54,565 bases of DNA from a virus (taxonomy: Duplodnaviria; Caudoviricetes). Position numbers and translations under genes: made by a program. The notes under the pieces were generated by a model. It saw only the letters and a list, made by a program, of their open reading frames with translations. It had not been told where the DNA came from and did no database searches. The DNA lies in the IMG/VR virus record IMGVR_UViG_3300001844_000164, positions 1-54,565 of that record, one strand, 5' to 3'. Shown piece by piece: positions 45,172 to 53,932 of this stretch (positions are counted from its first letter, which is position 1; the number at the start of each line of letters is the position of its first letter).

Positions 45172-47234
45172 TTTTTGTAGTGCTGGGCGACCTCGGCTTC
45201 CGCGGCCACCGGGAGATCCGCCGCCCAGGACGGCGTGGTCGTGAGCAGCCGCACGATTTCGTCCGGGGTCACGTTCTCGTCGACCTCAACGACAACCTCG
45301 TCGTGAACGTGAAACAGGACGCGGTGCCCGGCCCGCTCGATGTTGAGCATCCCGTGCAGGAACAGGTCACGCGCGACGGCCTGGACGTAGTTCTCAACCA
45401 GGAGCCCGCCGTAGGTGCGTTGGGGGATTCCCCGGGGATTGCCCGGCTTGCACATCCAGCCGGTCGCGGTGACCGCAAAGTACCGGAGCACGCGGCCGGA
45501 CGGCAGCTCGTTCTCGAACAGACCGTCGAGAGCCGACGCCTTGAAGTCTTTGTCGAACCGGTCCCAGAGGCCCTTAATCAACTGATTCGATCGGCGGAAC
45601 GACGTGACCTGGAGCCACGAATTGACCCAGACATTTCGTGTCTGCTCGTCTGCCTCGTTGGTAAAGAACATGAGCGCCTTCTTCGACGGGGCGTGCCCGA
45701 GCTCCTGAACCAACCAAAGCAGGTAGCTCTTGAATTCCTCGACCGCCTTGTCGCTCGGCTTGACTCCAAACACCGCCAGGAACTCCTCCTCATTCCCGAG
45801 GTAGCCGCGCGCCATCTCGACGAACTTGTGCCAGCCGGCGCCGTAACCCAGGGCGAGCACGCGCGCCTTGGCCAACGCGTAAACCTGCGGAGCCTCCTTC
45901 TTCAGGTTGCCGGCGGTCCAACCCATCGAGGTGCGGGCGTGAGCCTCGTAGGGGCCCATGCCGGCCGCGCAGAGCGTGAGGAAATCAAGGTTGCCGACCG
46001 CCCAGTTGAGCACCCGCGGCTCGATCTGTGACAGGTCCGCGATGACCATCTTCCGGCCTGGGCCGGCGACGATCCTGGCTCGAACGTCGACGACGTAGGC
46101 GGCGCCCTTCGCCGAGTCCATCCAGCCAAACTCCGCGTCGAAGCAAAGCGGCGCCTTCATCAGGTTCTGCAAATTGAACTTGGCCGCACCGCTCCACCTT
46201 CCGGTCTTCGCGGCGCCCATGTACTTGAGGCCCAGGGCGGCACGGCCGTCCGGGCGGATGCGGGCCTGGAGCGCCCGGTAGACCGACAGGGCCCGGTCGA
46301 TGCGGCGATAGCGGCCGAGCTCGATCACCGCAGGGACGCGCTCGCCGTACTCGTCGAGCCACTCCAAAAACTCCTTCGCCTTTTGGGCCGTCGTGGACGG
46401 CGGCGGCACGCCGCACTTCAAGCACTCCTTGTCCAGGGCGGCCTTGCTCCGGAGGGCAACAGGCTTGCCGTGCTCGTCCTCGGTATCCACCCAAGGAATA
46501 CGCTTGCGGACGTGATGAAGCGCCGTCTCGAGGACGCTGATGTCCCGGTCCACGGCCGCCCGGTCAACCGGGACGCCGCGAAATTCGATTTCGGCGGTGT
46601 GCAGCGATGCCTGGCGCTCATGCTCGGGCCACCCGGGCGACAGGTGAGCCCAGAGCAGCCAGCACAGCGCGGCGTCCTCGAGGGCATAGGTCAGCACGCG
46701 GTCGCGTTCGCTCACGGGCACGTCGTTCCAGCGCACGCCGTCCATGTCGGAGCGCACCGCCTTATCCAACTTGACGCGGAATTGGCACTCGGCCGCCTGG
46801 GCAATCGCCCTGGGAAGGTGCGAGTAGACCGCCAGGTCGGCGGTGTCGTGCCAGACCTTCCAGGCTTCCGCCTTGGACATGTCAGGGCCCCAGACGGTCA
46901 TGTCCGGCACCTTGCGCTGCTCGACCAGGCGCTCGAACACATGGCGATCGAAGTTCGCGTTGTGACTCACCCAGACGCGGCCGGCAACCTTCTCCCAGGG
47001 CGCCGTGCGCGGGTCGCCCACATACTGCACGTCGGGCGCGTAAATGGACACCATGTAGGCATCCCATTCCGGGTGGCGGCAGTAACCGTAGTTGCCTGAA
47101 AGCTCGACGGTGCAGGGCGTCGTGCCATCGCGCCGCGCCTTCTTCTCCGACCGGTAAAAGGTCTCGAAGTCGACGGCAACGGCATCCTGGCCTCCGGTGG
47201 TGGAGGCCAGCAGGGCTTGGATTTCGGCTCTCAC
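45168..47234 (-). CDS. polA: DNA polymerase family A with 3'-5' exonuclease
   Basis: ExoI VDFET, ExoII HNANFD, ExoIII YALED; motif A ADLSQIE, motif B KARVLALGYG, motif C HVHDE; GTGA-overlap start inferred. Confidence 0.93.
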   Translation of the reverse strand: MRAEIQALLASTTGGQDAVAVDFETFYRSEKKARRDGTTPCTVELSGNYGYCRHPEWDAYMVSIYAPDVQYVGDPRTAPWEKVAGRVWVSHNANFDRHVFERLVEQRKVPDMTVWGPDMSKAEAWKVWHDTADLAVYSHLPRAIAQAAECQFRVKLDKAVRSDMDGVRWNDVPVSERDRVLTYALEDAALCWLLWAHLSPGWPEHERQASLHTAEIEFRGVPVDRAAVDRDISVLETALHHVRKRIPWVDTEDEHGKPVALRSKAALDKECLKCGVPPPSTTAQKAKEFLEWLDEYGERVPAVIELGRYRRIDRALSVYRALQARIRPDGRAALGLKYMGAAKTGRWSGAAKFNLQNLMKAPLCFDAEFGWMDSAKGAAYVVDVRARIVAGPGRKMVIADLSQIEPRVLNWAVGNLDFLTLCAAGMGPYEAHARTSMGWTAGNLKKEAPQVYALAKARVLALGYGAGWHKFVEMARGYLGNEEEFLAVFGVKPSDKAVEEFKSYLLWLVQELGHAPSKKALMFFTNEADEQTRNVWVNSWLQVTSFRRSNQLIKGLWDRFDKDFKASALDGLFENELPSGRVLRYFAVTATGWMCKPGNPRGIPQRTYGGLLVENYVQAVARDLFLHGMLNIERAGHRVLFHVHDEVVVEVDENVTPDEIVRLLTTTPSWAADLPVAAEAEVAQHYKK

Positions 47235-47437
47235 TTGCTGGTACGCAGCAGCACCAGGGCGATCTCGCCCGTCGCGTTGTTGGTCACAATCTCGACCGGC
47301 CACCCGCTTTTCCGGGTGATCCGCTGCCGCTCACGCTCGAGCCAGGCGCGGTAGGTCATAGGCCCATCGCGGGTCTCGACCATGTCTTCCTCCTTGCCGA
47401 CCACCGTGATGTAGTGGAGTATCCGGTCCGTGTTCAT
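47231..47437 (-). CDS. Hypothetical protein (68 aa)
   Basis: ATG preceded by AGGA; stop overlaps the polA start. Confidence 0.6.
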   Translation of the reverse strand: MNTDRILHYITVVGKEEDMVETRDGPMTYRAWLERERQRITRKSGWPVEIVTNNATGEIALVLLRTSK

Positions 47438-47466
47438 TCTGTCCTTGGTAGGGATGTGTGAATACA

Positions 47467-47498
47467 CCCCAGGGCGGCGTTCGCGCGCCGCCCCGGGG
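47467..47498 (-). terminator. Strong intergenic hairpin (terminator or processing site)
   Basis: 13-bp stem ccccagggcggcg / cgccgccccgggg with 6-nt loop; only a weak U-tract. Confidence 0.5.
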
Positions 47499-47505
47499 CC
47501 CTGAA

Positions 47506-48276
47506 TCAGGCTGCTCCGTAGTTCGCGGTGATCCACTCGACGACCTCGGCCGGGAGCGGGTCTCCCTTGGCGATACGAGGCTCGTACCATGAGTTCTGCG
47601 GACCGCTCACCAGCGTGGCGGACAGCGTCCAGGAATGGGTCCAGGCAGCGGCCTTGTTGAACAGCGCCCGGTGATTGAGGCCCTTGGTCTCGATCCCCTT
47701 GCCAAGGGCCAGCTTGTGGGCGTGCTCGAAGACGCGCCGCCAGACCTCGCGGTATCCGCCGCGCTGGTACGAGCACTTGGCCGCGGTCAGCTCGAGCTTG
47801 CCGGCCTTGAGGACGAACTCGCCGCTGGTGTCGCCATCGGGCTTGATGACCAGGTAACCGATCCGCCCGGCTTCCTCGACCCGGTTGCGGTACTGGTTGT
47901 CGAAATCGACCGCGTATCCGGCCTTGGCCGCCTCCTGGGCGCTCTGGAACGTGCGCCGGTTCTTGTCCTCCGGCGAACCGTACTTGATCTCGCGACCGTC
48001 GCGCCAGGTCTCGCGGTAGAACTTCATCACCTCGACGGGGATGACCTTGACGGTCTCACCGAGGAGGATGTTCCCGAGCACCAGGTTTCCGGCCTTGTTG
48101 CGGAACTGGGTGGCCAGGGGGCCGACGTTGTTGACCAAGCCGAGGACCGGCACCTCGACGTCGCGGGCGACGTCGTCGTACTGGTCGGCGTTGTAGTTAC
48201 CGAGCTCGGCCGGAGAGGCCGGGACAATGGCGGCCGAGGGTTCCTCGACTGCGCCGGGTGTGATCTTGGTTTTCAT
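47506..48276 (-). CDS. Hypothetical replication protein, possibly ssDNA-binding
   Basis: Position between Cas4-like nuclease and PolA; DVEVP.L.LV...GPL and SWYEP motifs. Confidence 0.55.
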   Translation of the reverse strand: MKTKITPGAVEEPSAAIVPASPAELGNYNADQYDDVARDVEVPVLGLVNNVGPLATQFRNKAGNLVLGNILLGETVKVIPVEVMKFYRETWRDGREIKYGSPEDKNRRTFQSAQEAAKAGYAVDFDNQYRNRVEEAGRIGYLVIKPDGDTSGEFVLKAGKLELTAAKCSYQRGGYREVWRRVFEHAHKLALGKGIETKGLNHRALFNKAAAWTHSWTLSATLVSGPQNSWYEPRIAKGDPLPAEVVEWITANYGAA

Positions 48277-48285
48277 GGGACGAAA

Positions 48286-49431
48286 TCAGATTTTGGCGGG
48301 GCGGGCCCGCACCAGCTTTGGCGTCGGCTCCGGGCGCTCGACCGCATCCAGGTCGACCAGGCGCTGCCCAAACGCGGCAACGACCTGCGCCTTCTCACCG
48401 CGAGCCGCGCGGCTCTTGAGGGTGTCCTCGACCTTGGTCCAGGACAACGTGGCGGCGTCGATGAGATCCTGGGCCGAGATGCCAAACTCCTGGGCGGCCA
48501 GGAGAAGGCCCTCCGGGCTCGTCACGCGGCGCCGGCCCTTGGTCCAGTCAATGACGTAGCCGGCAGGGACGTTGTCGGCGCTCTCGAGGGCCGCGGTGAG
48601 GTTGTGGTGCCGCACCGACGCGGCCCATGTCTCCATGAGCCCAGCCAGCTCCTGGAGCTGCGCCCGCTGCACGGGGTCCTTGACCTCGCTTGCGTGCGTC
48701 TGCTGCGGAACGGCGGGCCGTTGACCGTAGCCCTCTGGGTCGTAAGCCCGCCCGAGCTGGTCGGCGATGCGGCGGAGGGCCACGCAACGGCCGGCGGCGC
48801 CGCAGTAGCGGCAGACGTCGTAGCTCGGGTTCAGGCTCGCGCCGCGATACCTCTTTGTGTCGGTCGCCCGGGCGCGGGCCAGGTTGCTGAAGATCTCGAG
48901 CTTGAGGCGCGGCACGTCAGCCCGGGTGAACGGCTCGCTCGTCCGCGTGACCGCGTTCAGCCGAGGCATGACGAAGTGAACGTGGATGCGCTCGACCCCC
49001 GGGAACCGCCAATCCTCAAAGATCCCGATCACATAGTCCTTACCCTGGAGGTTGATCTCCGCGTCGGGCACCTCCTTGGCCCTGACGAATTTCCAATCCA
49101 AAAGGTGCGCGGTGCCGTCATGGCAAACAATCAGGCGGTCGCAGTAACCCCAGCGCCCTTCGATCGTGTTAACTTTGAACTCATTGATCACGCTGGAGTC
49201 CAGCTCCGTGAGCTGCGAGGCATAGTGCTCGCAGATGGCGACCATGCGCTCCTCGAACCCGCTTTCCAGCTCGCCGGAGTCACCGGACTCCAGGGCGGCG
49301 TGCCCGCGGGTGCCCTGCTCGGTCACCCAATGCGCCCGCTTGCCGGACGGCTGCGGCCGGTAGCCGGGGCACATAGCCAGGGCGCCCTGTTGGGACGCGC
49401 TGCGCTCGGCGTGCGGACGTTCGTTGCTCAT
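48286..49431 (-). CDS. Cas4-like PD-(D/E)XK exonuclease (DUF2800-like)
   Basis: HAERSAS...CPG...GTRGH...E...GYCD...DWKF...Q...Y...CRYC...C. Confidence 0.85.
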   Translation of the reverse strand: MSNERPHAERSASQQGALAMCPGYRPQPSGKRAHWVTEQGTRGHAALESGDSGELESGFEERMVAICEHYASQLTELDSSVINEFKVNTIEGRWGYCDRLIVCHDGTAHLLDWKFVRAKEVPDAEINLQGKDYVIGIFEDWRFPGVERIHVHFVMPRLNAVTRTSEPFTRADVPRLKLEIFSNLARARATDTKRYRGASLNPSYDVCRYCGAAGRCVALRRIADQLGRAYDPEGYGQRPAVPQQTHASEVKDPVQRAQLQELAGLMETWAASVRHHNLTAALESADNVPAGYVIDWTKGRRRVTSPEGLLLAAQEFGISAQDLIDAATLSWTKVEDTLKSRAARGEKAQVVAAFGQRLVDLDAVERPEPTPKLVRARPAKI

Positions 49432-49490
49432 GCCGCCGAGCGAAGCGATCCCGACCAGGCTGTCACCTGCGCGGATGTATTACAGATGTA

Positions 49491-49664
49491 TTACTCCCGC
49501 TGCCGCATTTCGCGGCACTTCTGGAACACGTCCTCCTCCACCAGGCGCAGGACGCCCAGCGCCTCGCAGATGCTCATGTCCGCTTCTTGCTGGTAGCGGT
49601 TGAGGAGCGAGAGGATTTCGCGGTGGAGCATTTCGGGCGCCGAGGGCTGTTGCGTGTCTTCCAT
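49491..49664 (-). CDS. Hypothetical protein (57 aa, not in ORF track)
   Basis: MEDTQQPSAPEMLHREILSLLNRYQQEADMSICEALGVLRLVEEDVFQKCREMRQRE: helical, with typical codon usage. Confidence 0.6.
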   Translation of the reverse strand: MEDTQQPSAPEMLHREILSLLNRYQQEADMSICEALGVLRLVEEDVFQKCREMRQRE

Positions 49665-49963
49665 TGGTGAAGCGGATTCGCGATGAAGAGCGGAGTGAGA
49701 GGTCCGACGTAGGCGCAGGCCACATTGAAGTCGAAATACTCGATCGCCTCGTCACGGTCCATGCCCTGGTCCATCAGGATCTCAAGGCACATCGCCATCG
49801 AGTACACCGCCCGCACCTCGTTTTCTTCGCAGCCGTCGTCCGGGAAGAACCCGAGGAAAGCGGCATCGAAACCGTCGGCCAAGAGTGAGCTTTTGTCGTA
49901 GTCATCGAGGGCATCGCAGATGTCCTTGCGCGTTGGATACGTCTTTGCGGTGGGCTTTTTCAT
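49574..49963 (-). CDS. Conserved phage hypothetical protein
   Basis: LADGFD.A.LG...AVYS...EAIEYFDFNV..AYVG..TP.FI; the C-terminal extension overlaps the next gene. Confidence 0.75.
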   Translation of the reverse strand: MKKPTAKTYPTRKDICDALDDYDKSSLLADGFDAAFLGFFPDDGCEENEVRAVYSMAMCLEILMDQGMDRDEAIEYFDFNVACAYVGPLTPLFIANPLHQWKTRNSPRRPKCSTAKSSRSSTATSKKRT

Positions 49964-51246
49964 GTGGTTAGTGGGTCAAGATCTCCATCGTTGATCGTCT
50001 CGATCTGGTTGGCTTTTCGCTCCACCGCCGCCTTCACGCGGCGCTCGATGCTGTTCTCGAGCGTGAGCACGGTGCGGAACGCGGGCGTCTTCTGCCCCAC
50101 CCGGCGGTTGCGGCCCAGGGCCTGGACCAGGTCGCGGGCGTTCTCCGGGGGCGAGATCAGCGAGTGCCGCGGAAACCTGCCGTGCGTATCATGCAGACTG
50201 ATACCAACACCGCCGGCGCCGGTCTGAAGCACCAGGCAGCGCGAGCGGTCAGCCTGGAACAGGTCGATCGCATGCTCGCGGTCCCGGTCCGACGCACGAC
50301 CGTCGATGACGTGCGCCGCGAGCGCCTGGGAAACTGCGTCGATTGAGTCGTGGAAGTTCAGGAAAATGGGCACGCTCAAGCCCGAGGACATCAGGTCGCG
50401 GGCCAGGTCGATGATCGCCGGCACCTTTGCGAGCTCGGCCAACTGACGTGCGCGCAGCCGCTCGACCGCCGAGTTGATCGCCTCACGCTTCAACGCCTCG
50501 AGCTCGGACACGCGCGACCACGCGGCCTCCATGCGCTCCAGGTCAGCCTCCTTCGCGGGCAACTCACGCACGTCGGTGGTGGCCTCCGGGAAACCAGGGA
50601 TCTCGTCGTAGCTCTTGCGGTGGCCCCGACTCGGAAACAGCTCGGAATTCAAACGCTTCAGAGCTGACGGGTCATGCCTGGAATCGAACACGAAACCAAA
50701 CCCGTCACGGATGACGCCGAACCGAGCCTGGAACGCTTGCCAACCAAAGTGATCGCCGTCGTGCAGCCCGAGCAAATACCCGGTCGCGTAGAGGTCGGTG
50801 GGGTCCACCGCGAGCGTGGCGCTCATCACCAGGGTGGGAATGCCCTGGCGCTTCGCAGCCGTGAGCAGCTTGGCATTCTGCGACGTGCGGTTCTTGCAGT
50901 AGTGCGCTTCGTCGAAGACCAGGAGCGTCGGCTTCGGCACCGTCCACCGCCACCGCCGATTTTTGATTTCCCACTCACCCCTGGCGGTGTGCCCGAGCTT
51001 GTGCTGCTCGTAGTTGGAAATACAGCGCACCGGGGCACCAACCGCTTTCGCCGCCCGGGTCCAATGGGGGATGACCACCTTGGGGCAGATGACCACCATC
51101 GGGTGCTGCATCTCGCGGGCGACAAACGACGCAACGAACGTCTTGCCGAAACCGGCTACTGAAGCCTCGGCCGAGGCGCCACGCTCACGCAGGAGCCTGA
51201 CGTGGTGGCCGATTGCGTCCTGCTGAAACGGCAGAGGCTCGATCAT
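49960..51246 (-). CDS. SF2 (SNF2-like) helicase
   Basis: GFGKT, FDEAH, MSAT, GGVGISLHD, QALGRNRR. Confidence 0.9.
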   Translation of the reverse strand: MIEPLPFQQDAIGHHVRLLRERGASAEASVAGFGKTFVASFVAREMQHPMVVICPKVVIPHWTRAAKAVGAPVRCISNYEQHKLGHTARGEWEIKNRRWRWTVPKPTLLVFDEAHYCKNRTSQNAKLLTAAKRQGIPTLVMSATLAVDPTDLYATGYLLGLHDGDHFGWQAFQARFGVIRDGFGFVFDSRHDPSALKRLNSELFPSRGHRKSYDEIPGFPEATTDVRELPAKEADLERMEAAWSRVSELEALKREAINSAVERLRARQLAELAKVPAIIDLARDLMSSGLSVPIFLNFHDSIDAVSQALAAHVIDGRASDRDREHAIDLFQADRSRCLVLQTGAGGVGISLHDTHGRFPRHSLISPPENARDLVQALGRNRRVGQKTPAFRTVLTLENSIERRVKAAVERKANQIETINDGDLDPLTT

Positions 51247-51731
51247 GGCTCTTCCCACCGGTTCCAGTCGAACGGCAGACGATTGACGACGTACTGGCTG
51301 ATGAGCAGCGCGTCCGCGATCGCCAGGGTGACCTTGAGGTCGGGGAACATGCCTTGGGCGATCGCCTTGAGCTGTCGCTTACGGTCAGGGCCCTGGCCAA
51401 TGACGTCAGGAGCCACCACCTTCTGCCACGCTTGCGGCGTGAAACAGCGCACCGGGATGCCCGACACCCGGAGGGCGCTCACCCAGGCTCCGTAGTTCTC
51501 CCCAAACGCGAACGCCGCGCTCACCCCCATCGCCGGCGAGGCCCAGACCTTCTCGATCAACGCAACGATCGGGAACACCGACAGATTGTTGGCGCGCAGG
51601 AACGCGCAGAGCTTCACCAGGTCCTGCGGCCCCGAATACGCGCAGACGCTGGCAATCGTGCCGTCAGGCCGGCGGACGACGTAGCCACCGGACGCCCCGG
51701 GATCGATGGCAACAAAAAGGGAGGGCTGCAT
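51243..51731 (-). CDS. RuvC-like Holliday junction resolvase
   Basis: AIDPGASGG, IEKV, AFAFGENYG, TPQAWQK, ADALLI. Confidence 0.85.
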   Translation of the reverse strand: MQPSLFVAIDPGASGGYVVRRPDGTIASVCAYSGPQDLVKLCAFLRANNLSVFPIVALIEKVWASPAMGVSAAFAFGENYGAWVSALRVSGIPVRCFTPQAWQKVVAPDVIGQGPDRKRQLKAIAQGMFPDLKVTLAIADALLISQYVVNRLPFDWNRWEEP

Positions 51732-51780
51732 CCTGTGTGGTGATACAGGACACGGCCCTCCCGTGAAGAGGCTTGTTGTA

Positions 51781-52125
51781 TTACGCCGCCAGGTGCTTGT
51801 ACCTGAACTCCTCGCTTCTGCGCGGGTGGTAGAGGCGATGCCGGCGGCTCATAATCTTTCGCACCGCCGATTCGCTCACGTTGAAACGCTTGGCCACGTC
51901 GATCACCGACAGGAACGTGGTCGTGGAGACCGCGTAGATGTCGTCGTGCAACGCTTCCGTCATCTCCACCCGCACCTTGGCGCGCGGCGTGGCCACGCGA
52001 GGAATCGATGCGAGCACCTGGCGATCGACCTTGGGCGCCGCCGGCTTGTCCAGATTCGGGCAATGCTTGGCGACCAGAAACTCGAGCGCACGCATCGCCG
52101 AGCTCGCCGATTCAGCGTAGCTCAT
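51781..52125 (-). CDS. HTH-containing hypothetical protein
   Basis: SVIDVAKRFNVSESAVRKIM helix-turn-helix. Confidence 0.7.
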   Translation of the reverse strand: MSYAESASSAMRALEFLVAKHCPNLDKPAAPKVDRQVLASIPRVATPRAKVRVEMTEALHDDIYAVSTTTFLSVIDVAKRFNVSESAVRKIMSRRHRLYHPRRSEEFRYKHLAA

Positions 52126-52219
52126 CGTCGTCCTCCTTCCGCGGCTTGATGAACGGCCACACCGCGACCAGCGCGATCGCGAACAGCGTGAGGTAGATCC
52201 AGTCAACGATGCGGCTCAT
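52112..52219 (-). CDS. Small single-TM peptide (35 aa, not in ORF track)
   Basis: MSRIVDWIYLTLFAIALVAVWPFIKPRKEDDDELR; ATGA overlap with the upstream gene. Confidence 0.55.
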   Translation of the reverse strand: MSRIVDWIYLTLFAIALVAVWPFIKPRKEDDDELR

Positions 52220-52398
52220 GGCTCCTCATCCTCGACTTCGATCCATCCCGGATGCAGCACGACCTTGCCGTTGAAGTTATCGGCCGAATGGAGGTCCATG
52301 AACGAACCGTCCACGTCCTTCACCACGACCGGCGTCATCCTATGCACGCCACGCGCCCGCATCCGGGCCACAATCTCCTCGAGTTGCGCGAGCGTCAT
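52216..52398 (-). CDS. Hypothetical protein (60 aa)
   Basis: MTLAQLEEIV... with ATGA overlaps at both ends. Confidence 0.6.
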   Translation of the reverse strand: MTLAQLEEIVARMRARGVHRMTPVVVKDVDGSFMDLHSADNFNGKVVLHPGWIEVEDEEP

Positions 52399-52808
52399 GT
52401 CCGGACTCCGAACTCCGGCGCGGACGCGACGGCAACGGACACCAGGCCGTTGAGCGAACCATAACCCAGCCGCTTCGCCGCGATGCGGTACGCAACCAGC
52501 GTGCGTGGCGAGCAGGAGAACGCGAGCGGGCGCGACGTGAGCTTGCTGTTCAGTCGCGAGTACAGGAGCCGCACCGGCCCGTAGGCCGGCTTGGTCCGCG
52601 ACGGCGACAGGAAGCCGTCCAGGGCGCCGCGGATGACCGCAGAACGCGATTGGTGCGTGTGGTGGGCAAGGCAATCAACCGCTTCAGCGATGACGCCAGG
52701 AGGGCGCAGCGTGGTGACCGCGCGTCGTGTATCAGGACTCATGGGACGGGTAGGTGAAACGACGGTTGCGAGGCCACGGCCAAACTCAAGCGCGGAAGTT
52801 ACCAACAT
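52395..52808 (-). CDS. CopG/RHH-like regulator, first gene of the early operon
   Basis: VTTLRPP...EAVDCLA....SRSAVIRGALD; a second possible RHH in the C-terminal half; start 52808 or 52742. Confidence 0.6.
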   Translation of the reverse strand: MLVTSALEFGRGLATVVSPTRPMSPDTRRAVTTLRPPGVIAEAVDCLAHHTHQSRSAVIRGALDGFLSPSRTKPAYGPVRLLYSRLNSKLTSRPLAFSCSPRTLVAYRIAAKRLGYGSLNGLVSVAVASAPEFGVRT

Positions 52809-52894
52809 GTATTACACCCCCAGGGGCAGTAAGTGTTTCTGCGCTTGAATTCGCGGGCGGGCACCGCAGCGTCGCGAGCCGTCCCTACCAAGAC

Positions 52895-53278
52895 ATGAAA
52901 CACATCGCGATGTACCTCGCGCTGCTGGCGTTCGCGCATGCAGCGCCCCCTCCGGGCTTTTTCAAGGCCCTGCACCAAGTGGAAACAGGCGGAAGGCTCG
53001 GTGCCATCCGTGGAGATAGCGGGAAGGCGCTCGGGCCCCTGCAAATTCACAAGAGCTATCACCAGGATGCCAGGGTGCCTGGCGAATACATCCAGGTCGC
53101 CGACTACGAGTACGCCGTGCGCGTTGTATCCGCGTACCTGCGACGCTACGCCCGGGCCGCCTGGGAATCGGGCGATGTCGTCACCCTGGCCCGCGTCCAC
53201 AACGGAGGGCCAAAGGGCCACACCAAGCCGGCGACCGAGCGGTATGCGGCGAAGGTCCTTGCCGCGATGGGAAAGTAA
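52895..53278 (+). CDS. Lysozyme-like muralytic enzyme with signal peptide (putative endolysin)
   Basis: ALHQVETGG...GD.G.ALGPLQI...Y..DA...ARVHNGGP.G; N-terminal MKH-hydrophobic-AHA signal. Confidence 0.8.
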   Translation: MKHIAMYLALLAFAHAAPPPGFFKALHQVETGGRLGAIRGDSGKALGPLQIHKSYHQDARVPGEYIQVADYEYAVRVVSAYLRRYARAAWESGDVVTLARVHNGGPKGHTKPATERYAAKVLAAMGK

Positions 53279-53282
53279 CGCG

Positions 53283-53495
53283 ATGAAAGCAATACTCGAA
53301 TTCAACCTGCCTGACGACCAGGCGCAGTACACCCTGGCCAACGCGGCATCGGCCATGCACTCCGTCCTCGTCGACCTGGACGTCGAGATGCGCCACATCA
53401 TCAAGTACCAGGACGACGCAACGCCCGAGGTTCGCGCCCTGGCTGAACACATCCGGCGGGAAATCGGCGAGATCCTGGAGCAATTAGACGGCTAA
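53283..53495 (+). CDS. Conserved phage hypothetical protein
   Basis: MKAILEFNLPDD...L.DLD.EMR...KY family pattern. Confidence 0.75.
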   Translation: MKAILEFNLPDDQAQYTLANAASAMHSVLVDLDVEMRHIIKYQDDATPEVRALAEHIRREIGEILEQLDG

Positions 53496-53526
53496 TCGGG
53501 ATGTGAAGGGAAACTGATGGACCGCG

Positions 53527-53556
53527 AGCCCGGGAGACGGAAATCCCGGGCTTTTT
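53527..53556 (+). terminator. Intrinsic terminator
   Basis: agcccggga-N8-tcccgggct followed by tttt. Confidence 0.85.
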
Positions 53557-53565
53557 CGTGCCTGG

Positions 53566-53825
53566 GTGACAGAGTGACAAGGCGGTGACAGGGGGTTGTC
53601 ACCGCTTAACTCACTAGGCACCAGAGGGATCGGTGAGAAGTGACAAAGTGACAAGAAAATTTTCAAACCCTTATATATAAATTTCATATTCATACTTATC
53701 TTATTACCATTCTCTCTCACACATATTTAGAAAATTATGTCACTCTGTCACTAGCTCCGTAAGTCGTTGGCGCCCTAGGCCGGATTCGGTGACAAGTGTT
53801 TGTCACTCGCTGTCACCTTTGTCAC
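53566..53825. other. Putative replication origin: 12 GTGACA/TGTCAC iterons around an AT-rich core
   Basis: Six hexamers on each side of a strongly AT-rich tract (53654-53737) in a high-GC genome. Confidence 0.75.
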
Positions 53826-53932
53826 CGCCTCCGATCCTGGCCAATTTGCGGGCCATCGGCCGCCTTGCCGCTGTCCTGACCCTCGGACGGCGAAACACCA
53901 GGCTGAAACGCGAACAGACGGCGCCCGGCGGG

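Noticed and set aside
44378-47234. 2-aminoadenine (Z) or 7-deazaguanine genome modification suggested by DUF5664 next to PolA
   Set aside because: No PurZ, Que/Dpd or other modification enzymes seen; DUF5664 alone is widespread
48286-49431. CRISPR-Cas system suggested by the Cas4-like gene
   Set aside because: No repeat-spacer array or other cas genes; solo Cas4-like nucleases are common in phage replication modules
47635-49596. 653-aa plus-strand ORF
   Set aside because: Antisense to the Cas4-like and SSB-like genes, which carry recognisable motifs or context
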